A DNA stretch of 5,904 bases, from the IMG/VR virus record IMGVR_UViG_2711768059_000001, one strand, 5' to 3'. A model generated the notes under the pieces. The model had not been told where the DNA came from. It did no database searches and saw only the letters and a list, made by a program, of their open reading frames with translations. This stretch comes from a virus (Duplodnaviria; Heunggongvirae; Uroviricota; Caudoviricetes). Both the position numbers and the translations under genes were made by a program. Every line of letters starts with the position of its first letter. Position 1 is the stretch's first letter. Shown one piece after another: positions 1 to 5,904 of this stretch.

Positions 1-1
1 C

Positions 2-235
2 AGCGATACCTGGCAGGCGGAGCTGCATATCGAAGTTTTCCTGCCTGCTCAGGTGCCGGATTCAGAGCTGGATGCGTGGATGGAGTCCCGGATTTATCCG
101 GTGATGAGTGATATCCCGGCACTGTCAGATTTGATCACCAGTATGGTGGCCAGCGGCTATGACTACCGGCGCGACGATGATGCGGGCCTGTGGAGTTCAG
201 CCGATCTGACTTATGTCATTACCTATGAAATGTGA
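2..235 (+). CDS. U: Tail terminator protein gpU, 3' portion only (5' end lies upstream of the window); stop TGA at 233-235
   Basis: Frame-2 translation from position 2 reads [77 protein letters not shown], which matches my recollection of the C-terminus of lambda gpU. The ORF-track entry 53..235 is only the part after an internal Met. Position immediately upstream of V fits lambda gene order. Confidence 0.88.
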   Translation, partial: SDTWQAELHIEVFLPAQVPDSELDAWMESRIYPVMSDIPALSDLITSMVASGYDYRRDDDAGLWSSADLTYVITYEM

Positions 236-238
236 GGA
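234..238 (+). promoter_or_regulatory. Shine-Dalgarno-like GAGGA upstream of the V start codon (overlaps the U stop codon)
   Basis: GAGGA at 234-238, 4-nt spacer to ATG at 243. Seen directly in sequence. Confidence 0.6.
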
Positions 239-242
239 CGCT

Positions 243-983
243 ATGCCTGTACCAAATCCTGTAATGCCGGTGAAAGGTGCCGGGACCACCCTGTGGGTTT
301 ATAAGGGGAGCGGTGACCCTTATGCGAATCCGCTTTCAGACGTTGACTGGTCGCGTCTGGCAAAAGTTAAAGACCTGACGCCCGGCGAACTGACCGCTGA
401 GTCCTATGACGACAGCTATCTCGATGATGAAGATGCAGACTGGACTGCGACCGGGCAGGGGCAGAAATCTGCCGGAGATACCAGCTTCACGCTGGCGTGG
501 ATGCCCGGAGAGCAGGGGCAGCAGGCGCTGCTGGCGTGGTTTAATGAAGGCGATACCCGTGCCTATAAAATCCGCTTCCCGAACGGCACGGTCGATGTGT
601 TCCGTGGCTGGGTCAGCAGTATCGGTAAGGCGGTGACGGCGAAGGAAGTGATCACCCGCACGGTGAAAGTCACCAATGTGGGACGTCCGTCGATGGCAGA
701 AGATCGCAGCACGGTAACAGCGGCAACCGGCATGACCGTGACGCCTGCCAGCACCTCGGTGGTGAAAGGGCAGAGCACCACGCTGACCGTGGCCTTCCAG
801 CCGGAGGGCGTAACCGACAAGAGCTTTCGTGCGGTGTCTGCGGATAAAACAAAAGCCACCGTGTCGGTCAGTGGTATGACCATCACCGTGAACGGCGTTG
901 CTGCAGGCAAGGTCAACATTCCGGTTGTATCCGGTAATGGTGAGTTTGCTGCGGTTGCAGAAATTACCGTCACCGCCAGTTAA
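243..983 (+). CDS. V: Major tail tube protein gpV (246 aa) with C-terminal Ig-like (Big_2-type) domain
   Basis: ORF translation [42 protein letters not shown]... ending ...[14 protein letters not shown] matches lambda gpV as I recall it. The track ORF starts at an upstream in-frame ATG (213), but ATG 243 has the SD and does not overlap the U coding end. Stop TAA at 981-983. Confidence 0.95.
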   Translation: MPVPNPVMPVKGAGTTLWVYKGSGDPYANPLSDVDWSRLAKVKDLTPGELTAESYDDSYLDDEDADWTATGQGQKSAGDTSFTLAWMPGEQGQQALLAWFNEGDTRAYKIRFPNGTVDVFRGWVSSIGKAVTAKEVITRTVKVTNVGRPSMAEDRSTVTAATGMTVTPASTSVVKGQSTTLTVAFQPEGVTDKSFRAVSADKTKATVSVSGMTITVNGVAAGKVNIPVVSGNGEFAAVAEITVTAS

Positions 984-986
984 TCC

Positions 987-992
987 GGAGAG
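987..992 (+). promoter_or_regulatory. Shine-Dalgarno-like GGAGAG upstream of the G start codon
   Basis: GGAGAG at 987-992, 6-nt spacer to ATG at 999. Seen directly in sequence. Confidence 0.6.
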
Positions 993-998
993 TCAGAG

Positions 999-1421
999 AT
1001 GTTCCTGAAAACCGAATCATTTGAACATAACGGTGTGACCGTCACGCTTTCTGAACTGTCAGCCCTGCAGCGCATTGAGCATCTCGCCCTGATGAAACGG
1101 CAGGCAGAACAGGCGGAGTCAGACAGCAACCGGAAGTTTACTGTGGAAGACGCCATCAGAACCGGCGCGTTTCTGGTGGCGATGTCCCTGTGGCATAACC
1201 ATCCGCAGAAGACGCAGATGCCGTCCATGAATGAAGCCGTTAAACAGATTGAGCAGGAAGTGCTTACCACCTGGCCCACGGAGGCAATTTCTCATGCTGA
1301 AAACGTGGTGTACCGGCTGTCTGGTATGTATGAGTTTGTGGTGAATAATGCCCCTGAACAGACAGAGGACGCCGGGCCCGCAGAGCCTGTTTCTGCGGGA
1401 AAGTGTTCGACGGTGAGCTGA
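999..1421 (+). CDS. G: Tail assembly chaperone gpG (140 aa), the product of normal frame-0 decoding
   Basis: ORF translation MFLKTESFEHNGVTVTLSELSALQRIEHLALMKRQAEQ... ending ...SAGKCSTVS matches lambda gpG. Stop TGA at 1419-1421. Located between V and H as in lambda. Confidence 0.93.
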   Translation: MFLKTESFEHNGVTVTLSELSALQRIEHLALMKRQAEQAESDSNRKFTVEDAIRTGAFLVAMSLWHNHPQKTQMPSMNEAVKQIEQEVLTTWPTEAISHAENVVYRLSGMYEFVVNNAPEQTEDAGPAEPVSAGKCSTVS

Positions 1422-1837
1422 GTTTTGCCCTGAAACTGGCGCGTGAGATGGGGCGACCCGACTGGCGTGCCATGCTTGCCGGGATGTCATCCACGGAGTA
1501 TGCCGACTGGCACCGCTTTTACAGTACCCATTATTTTCATGATGTTCTGCTGGATATGCACTTTTCCGGGCTGACGTACACCGTGCTCAGCCTGTTTTTC
1601 AGCGATCCGGATATGCATCCGCTGGATTTCAGTCTGCTGAACCGGCGCGAGGCTGACGAAGAGCCTGAAGATGATGTGCTGATGCAGAAAGCGGCAGGGC
1701 TTGCCGGAGGTGTCCGCTTTGGCCCGGACGGGAATGAAGTTATCCCCGCTTCCCCGGATGTGGCGGACATGACGGAGGATGACGTAATGCTGATGACAGT
1801 ATCAGAAGGGATCGCAGGAGGAGTCCGGTATGGCTGA
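999..1837 (+). CDS. T: Tail assembly chaperone gpG-T fusion, produced by programmed -1 ribosomal frameshift at the G GGA AAG heptamer (1397-1403); T-specific part is about 1402-1837
   Basis: Slippery heptamer GGGAAAG lies 16 nt before the G stop. The -1 frame continues open for about 144 codons (GKVFDGELSFALKLAREMGRPDWRAMLAGMSSTEYADWHRFY...GGVRYG) to TGA at 1835-1837. The T frame has no convincing independent start (the track's start at 1403 is a GTG inside the slippery region with no SD). Arrangement is the established lambda G/G-T recoding system. Confidence 0.85.
1397..1403 (+). other. Programmed -1 ribosomal frameshift slippery heptamer G GGA AAG (G to G-T recoding site)
   Basis: Heptamer read directly: frame-0 codons GGA (1398-1400) and AAG (1401-1403) preceded by G1397. 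After a -1 slip the reading is GGG AAA GTG..., continuing in the T frame. Confidence 0.82.
1816..1823 (+). promoter_or_regulatory. Shine-Dalgarno AGGAGGAG upstream of the H start codon (lies within the end of the T frame)
   Basis: AGGAGGAG at 1816-1823, 6-nt spacer to ATG at 1830. Seen directly in sequence. Confidence 0.65.
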
Positions 1838-4391
1838 ACCGGTAGGCGATCTGGTCGTTGATTTGAGTCTGGATGCGGCCAGGTTTGACGAGCAGATGGC
1901 CAGAGTCAGGCGTCATTTTTCCGGTACGGAAAGTGATGCGAAAAAAACAGCGGCAGTCGTTGAACAGTCGCTGAGCCGACAGGCGCTGGCTGCACAGAAA
2001 GCGGGGATTTCCGTCGGGCAGTATAAAGCCGCCATGCGTATGCTGCCTGCACAGTTCACCGACGTGGCCACGCAGCTTGCAGGCGGGCAAAGTCCGTGGC
2101 TGATCCTGCTGCAACAGGGTGGTCAGGTTAAGGACTCCTTCGGCGGGATGATCCCCATGTTCAGGGGGCTTGCCGGTGCGATCACCCTGCCGATGGTGGG
2201 GGCCACCTCGCTGGCGGTGGCGACCGGTGCGCTGGCGTATGCCTGGTATCAGGGCAACTCAACCCTGTCCGATTTCAACAAAACGCTGGTCCTTTCCGGC
2301 AATCAGGCGGGACTGACGGCAGATCGTATGCTGGTCCTGTCCAGAGCCGGGCAGGCGGCAGGGCTGACGTTTAACCAGACCAGCGAGTCACTCAGCGCAC
2401 TGGTTAAGGCGGGGGTAAGCGGTGAGGCTCAGATTGCGTCCATCAGCCAGAGTGTGGCGCGTTTCTCCTCTGCATCCGGCGTGGAGGTGGACAAGGTCGC
2501 TGAAGCCTTCGGGAAGCTGACCACAGACCCGACGTCGGGGCTGACGGCGATGGCACGCCAGTTCCATAACGTGACGGCGGAGCAGATTGCGTATGTTGCT
2601 CAGTTGCAGCGTTCCGGCGATGAAGCCGGGGCATTGCAGGCGGCGAACGAGGCCGCAACGAAAGGGTTTGATGACCAGACCCGCCGCCTGAAAGAGAACA
2701 TGGGCACGCTGGAGACCTGGGCAGACAGGACTGCGCGGGCCTTCAAATCCATGTGGGATGCGGTGCTGGATATTGGTCGTCCTGATACCGCGCAGGAGAT
2801 GCTGATTAAGGCAGAGGCTGCGTTTAAGAAAGCAGACGACATCTGGAATCTGCGCAAGGATGATTATTTTGTTAACGATGAAGCGCGGGCGCGTTACTGG
2901 GATGATCGTGAAAAGGCCCGTCTTGCGCTTGAAGCCGCCCGAAAGAAGGCTGAGCAGCAGACTCAACAGGACAAAAATGCGCAGCAGCAGAGCGATACCG
3001 AAGCGTCACGGCTGAAATATACCGAAGAGGCGCAGAAGGCTTACGAACGGCTGCAGACGCCGCTGGAGAAATATACCGCCCGTCAGGAAGAACTGAACAA
3101 GGCACTGAAAGACGGGAAAATCCTGCAGGCGGATTACAACACGCTGATGGCGGCGGCGAAAAAGGATTATGAAGCGACGCTGAAAAAGCCGAAACAGTCC
3201 GGCGTGAAGGTGTCTGCGGGCGATCGTCAGGAAGACAGTGCTCATGCTGCCCTGCTGACGCTTCAGGCAGAACTCCGGACGCTGGAGAAGCATGCCGGAG
3301 CAAATGAGAAAATCAGCCAGCAGCGCCGGGATTTGTGGAAGGCAGAAAGTCAGTTCGCGGTACTGGAGGAGGCGGCACAACGTCGCCAGCTATCCGCACA
3401 GGAGAAATCCCTGCTGGCGCATAAAGATGAGACGCTGGAGTACAAACGCCAGCTGGCTGCACTTGGCGACAAGGTTACGTATCAGGAGCGCCTGAACGCG
3501 CTGGCGCAGCAGGCGGATAAATTCGCACAGCAGCAACGGGCAAAACGGGCCGCCATTGATGCGAAAAGCCGGGGGCTGACTGACCGGCAGGCAGAACGGG
3601 AAGCCACGGAACAGCGCCTGAAGGAACAGTATGGCGATAATCCGCTGGCGCTGAATAACGTCATGTCAGAGCAGAAAAAGACCTGGGCGGCTGAAGACCA
3701 GCTTCGCGGGAGCTGGATGGCAGGCCTGAAGTCCGGCTGGAGTGAGTGGGAAGAGAGCGCCACGGACAGTATGTCGCAGGTAAAAAGTGCAGCCACGCAG
3801 ACCTTTGATGGTATTGCACAGAATATGGCAGCGATGCTGACCGGCAGTGAGCAGAACTGGCGCAGCTTCACCCGTTCCGTGCTGTCCATGATGACAGAAA
3901 TTCTGCTTAAGCAGGCAATGGTGGGGATTGTCGGGAGTATCGGCAGCGCCATTGGCGGGGCTGTTGGTGGCGGCGCATCCGCGTCAGGCGGTACAGCCAT
4001 TCAGGCCGCTGCGGCGAAATTCCATTTTGCAACCGGAGGATTTACGGGAACCGGCGGCAAATATGAGCCAGCGGGGATTGTTCACCGTGGTGAGTTTGTC
4101 TTCACGAAGGAGGCAACCAGCCGGATTGGCGTGGGGAATCTTTACCGGCTGATGCGCGGCTATGCCACCGGCGGTTATGTCGGTACACCGGGCAGCATGG
4201 CAGACAGCCGGTCGCAGGCGTCCGGGACGTTTGAGCAGAATAACCATGTGGTGATTAACAACGACGGCACGAACGGGCAGATAGGTCCGGCTGCTCTGAA
4301 GGCGGTGTATGACATGGCCCGCAAGGGTGCCCGTGATGAAATTCAGACACAGATGCGTGATGGTGGCCTGTTCTCCGGAGGTGGACGATGA
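1830..4391 (+). CDS. H: Tail tape measure protein gpH (853 aa)
   Basis: 853-aa ORF beginning MAEPVGDLVVDLSLDAARFDEQMARVRRHF... matches lambda gpH. Long charged A/E/K/Q/R-rich central region typical of tape measure proteins, glycine-rich hydrophobic C-terminal segment. Start ATG overlaps the T stop (ATGGCTGA) and the stop overlaps the M start (ATGA). Confidence 0.96.
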   Translation: MAEPVGDLVVDLSLDAARFDEQMARVRRHFSGTESDAKKTAAVVEQSLSRQALAAQKAGISVGQYKAAMRMLPAQFTDVATQLAGGQSPWLILLQQGGQVKDSFGGMIPMFRGLAGAITLPMVGATSLAVATGALAYAWYQGNSTLSDFNKTLVLSGNQAGLTADRMLVLSRAGQAAGLTFNQTSESLSALVKAGVSGEAQIASISQSVARFSSASGVEVDKVAEAFGKLTTDPTSGLTAMARQFHNVTAEQIAYVAQLQRSGDEAGALQAANEAATKGFDDQTRRLKENMGTLETWADRTARAFKSMWDAVLDIGRPDTAQEMLIKAEAAFKKADDIWNLRKDDYFVNDEARARYWDDREKARLALEAARKKAEQQTQQDKNAQQQSDTEASRLKYTEEAQKAYERLQTPLEKYTARQEELNKALKDGKILQADYNTLMAAAKKDYEATLKKPKQSGVKVSAGDRQEDSAHAALLTLQAELRTLEKHAGANEKISQQRRDLWKAESQFAVLEEAAQRRQLSAQEKSLLAHKDETLEYKRQLAALGDKVTYQERLNALAQQADKFAQQQRAKRAAIDAKSRGLTDRQAEREATEQRLKEQYGDNPLALNNVMSEQKKTWAAEDQLRGSWMAGLKSGWSEWEESATDSMSQVKSAATQTFDGIAQNMAAMLTGSEQNWRSFTRSVLSMMTEILLKQAMVGIVGSIGSAIGGAVGGGASASGGTAIQAAAAKFHFATGGFTGTGGKYEPAGIVHRGEFVFTKEATSRIGVGNLYRLMRGYATGGYVGTPGSMADSRSQASGTFEQNNHVVINNDGTNGQIGPAALKAVYDMARKGARDEIQTQMRDGGLFSGGGR

Positions 4392-4717
4392 AGACCTTCC
4401 GCTGGAAAGTGAAACCCGGTATGGATGTGGCTTCGGTCCCTTCTGTAAGAAAGGTGCGCTTTGGTGATGGCTATTCTCAGCGAGCGCCTGCCGGGCTGAA
4501 TGCCAACCTGAAAACGTACAGCGTGACGCTTTCTGTCCCCCGTGAGGAGGCCACGGTACTGGAGTCGTTTCTGGAAGAGCACGGGGGCTGGAAATCCTTT
4601 CTGTGGACGCCGCCTTATGAGTGGCGGCAGATAAAGGTGACCTGCGCAAAATGGTCGTCGCGGGTCAGTATGCTGCGTGTTGAGTTCAGCGCAGAGTTTG
4701 AACAGGTGGTGAACTGA
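4388..4717 (+). CDS. M: Tail tip assembly protein gpM (109 aa)
   Basis: ORF MKTFRWKVKPGMDVASVPSVRKVRFGDGYSQRAPAGLNANLKTYSVTLSV... matches lambda gpM. Start overlaps H stop by 4 nt, stop TGA at 4715-4717 overlaps the L start. Confidence 0.93.
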   Translation: MKTFRWKVKPGMDVASVPSVRKVRFGDGYSQRAPAGLNANLKTYSVTLSVPREEATVLESFLEEHGGWKSFLWTPPYEWRQIKVTCAKWSSRVSMLRVEFSAEFEQVVN

Positions 4718-5415
4718 TGCAGGATATCCGGCAGGAAACACTGAATGAATGCACCCGTGCGGAGCAGTCGGCCAGCGTGGTGCTCTGGGAAATCGACCTG
4801 ACAGAGGTCGGTGGAGAACGTTATTTTTTCTGTAATGAGCAGAACGAAAAAGGTGAGCCGGTCACCTGGCAGGGGCGACAGTATCAGCCGTATCCCATTC
4901 AGGGGAGCGGTTTTGAACTGAATGGCAAAGGCACCAGTACGCGCCCCACGCTGACGGTTTCTAACCTGTACGGTATGGTCACCGGGATGGCGGAAGACCT
5001 GCAGAGTCTGGTCGGCGGAACGGTGGTCAGGCGTAAGGTTTACGCCCGTTTTCTGGATGCGGTGAACTTCGTCAACGGAAACAGCGAAGCCGATCCGGAG
5101 CAGGAGGTGATCAGCCGCTGGCGCATCGAGCAGTGCAGCGAACTGAGCGCGGTCAGTGTCTCTTTTGTACTGTCCACACCGACTGAAACGGATGGCTCTG
5201 TTTTTCCGGGGCGTATCATGCTGGCCAACACCTGCACCTGGACCTATCGCGGCGATGAGTGCGGTTATAGCGGTCCGGCGGTCGCGGATGAATATGACCA
5301 GCCGACGTCCGATATCACGAAGGATAAATGCAGCAAATGCCTGAGCGGCTGTAAGTTTCGCAATAACGTCGGCAACTTTGGCGGCTTCCTTTCCATTAAC
5401 AAACTTTCGCAGTAA
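4717..5415 (+). CDS. L: Tail tip assembly protein gpL (232 aa); C-terminal cysteine cluster (CTWTYRGDECGYSG...CSKCLSGC) consistent with a metal/Fe-S binding site
   Basis: ORF MQDIRQETLNECTRAEQSASVVLWEIDLTEVGGERYFFCNEQ... matches lambda gpL. ATG at 4717 shares its A with the M stop codon (TGATG). Stop TAA at 5413-5415. Confidence 0.93.
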   Translation: MQDIRQETLNECTRAEQSASVVLWEIDLTEVGGERYFFCNEQNEKGEPVTWQGRQYQPYPIQGSGFELNGKGTSTRPTLTVSNLYGMVTGMAEDLQSLVGGTVVRRKVYARFLDAVNFVNGNSEADPEQEVISRWRIEQCSELSAVSVSFVLSTPTETDGSVFPGRIMLANTCTWTYRGDECGYSGPAVADEYDQPTSDITKDKCSKCLSGCKFRNNVGNFGGFLSINKLSQ

Positions 5416-5419
5416 TCCC

Positions 5420-5904
5420 ATGACAGAGACAGAATCAGCGATTCTGGCGCACGCCCGGCGATGTGCGCCAGCGGAGTCGTGCGGCTTCGTGGTGAGAGCG
5501 CCGGAGGGGGAAAGATATTTTCCCTGCGTGAATATCTCCGGTGAGCCGGAGGCGTATTTCCGGATGTCGCCGGAGGACTGGCTGCGGGCAGAGATGCAGG
5601 GTGAGATTGTGGCGCTGGTCCACAGCCACCCCGGTGGTCTGCCCTGGCTGAGTGAGACCGACCGGCGGCTGCAGGTGCAGAGTGATTTGCCGTGGTGGCT
5701 GGTTTGCCGGGGGGCGATTCACAAGTTCCGCTGTGTGCCGCATCTCACCGGGCGGCGCTTTGAGCACGGGGTGACGGACTGTTACACGCTGTTCCGGGAT
5801 GCTTATCATCTGGCGGGGATTGAGATGCCGGATTTTCATCGCGAGAGTACCGGGGGTGGGTCCGGGCAGAAGCACGATATGGCTATACATGAGGCGCAAA
5901 GGGG
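5420..5904 (+). CDS. K: Tail tip assembly protein gpK, 5' portion (runs off the window end); N-terminal JAMM/MPN-type metalloprotease motif and start of an NlpC/P60-like domain. Start codon uncertain: 5420 (preferred) or internal ATG at 5564
   Basis: Open frame from ATG 5420 (4 nt after L stop) reads MTETESAILAHARRCAPAESCGFVV...EIVALVHSHPGGLPWLSETDRRLQ...GVTDCYTLFRDAY... It contains E-x-C-G (E19), H68-x-H70, S78 and D81, i.e. a complete JAMM motif, followed by a D-C-Y cysteine typical of NlpC/P60 (Cys about residue 121). Position after L fits lambda order. Confidence 0.85.
   Translation, partial: MTETESAILAHARRCAPAESCGFVVRAPEGERYFPCVNISGEPEAYFRMSPEDWLRAEMQGEIVALVHSHPGGLPWLSETDRRLQVQSDLPWWLVCRGAIHKFRCVPHLTGRRFEHGVTDCYTLFRDAYHLAGIEMPDFHRESTGGGSGQKHDMAIHEAQR

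Noticed and set aside
53-235. 60-aa ORF 53..235 as a separate small gene
   Set aside because: The frame is open all the way to the window start and the translation is the continuous C-terminus of gpU; the Met at 53 is internal.
406-636. Alternative-frame + strand ORF (76 aa) inside V, and similar short out-of-frame ORFs inside H (3292..3495, 3928..4152) and L (5156..5344)
   Set aside because: Embedded in the wrong frame of confidently identified genes, Arg/Ser-rich, no SD or homology signal. No basis to call overlapping genes.
213-983. Upstream in-frame ATG at 213 as the start of V (256 aa)
   Set aside because: It would overlap the last codons of U and lacks an SD. ATG at 243 is preceded by GAGGA and gives the 246-aa protein matching lambda gpV.
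1403-1837. ORF-track entry for an independent 144-aa protein starting at GTG 1403
   Set aside because: The GTG lies inside the slippery heptamer region, has no Shine-Dalgarno sequence, and the frame is the -1 frame of G. It is the T portion of the G-T frameshift fusion, not an independently initiated gene.
563-5899. Numerous long minus-strand ORFs (e.g. 563..973, 1119..1490, 1740..2114, 2388..2966, 2872..3303, 3006..3380, 3482..4000, 3984..4649, 4343..4741, 4615..5421, 5435..5899)
   Set aside because: All lie antisense to well-supported + strand genes. Their translations are Arg/Pro/Ser/Cys-rich low-complexity sequences typical of the reverse frames of GC-rich coding DNA, with no recognisable domains or start context. 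Treated as compositional artefacts.
5564-5904. Internal ATG at 5564 (with GGAGG at 5548-5552) as the K start codon
   Set aside because: Not fully excluded, but starting here would remove the conserved JAMM glutamate and the N-terminal half of the MPN fold. The ATG at 5420 directly after L is favoured. Needs experimental confirmation.
1-5904. CRISPR arrays, tRNA/rRNA genes, insertion sequences, integrase or attachment sites, or a defence/toxin system
   Set aside because: No direct-repeat/spacer periodicity, no tRNA-like cloverleaf candidates, no terminal inverted repeats or transposase-like ORFs were seen. The whole window is accounted for by contiguous tail genes.
1-5904. Chi recombination hotspot (GCTGGTGG or its complement CCACCAGC)
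   Set aside because: Scanning by eye found near-matches (e.g. TCTGGTGG near 1172, GTGGTGGCTGG near 5693) but no exact octamer. This cannot be fully excluded without a computational search.

Overview
The window is a contiguous, same-strand (+) block of the phage lambda-type tail morphogenesis operon: the 3' end of U (tail terminator), V (major tail tube protein with a C-terminal Ig-like domain), G and the G-T frameshift fusion (tail assembly chaperones), H (853-aa tape measure protein), M, L, and the 5' part of K (tail tip assembly). The translated proteins match what I recall of the phage lambda proteins essentially residue for residue, and gene order, lengths and junctions match the lambda reference layout; I cannot verify base-by-base identity without a search. 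Genes are packed with 0-15 nt spacers or overlapping stop/start codons, and there are no RNA genes, CRISPR arrays or insertion elements. I do not see an undescribed system here: this is among the best-characterised DNA in biology. Points worth a second look are the G-T slippery heptamer, the true start of K (the reading frame extends upstream to an ATG right after L and is needed to encode a complete JAMM/MPN motif), and some internal features of H (glycine-rich hydrophobic segments and a duplicated ATGG-aromatic-x-GT motif). The many long minus-strand ORFs in the track are antisense artefacts of the GC-rich coding strand.
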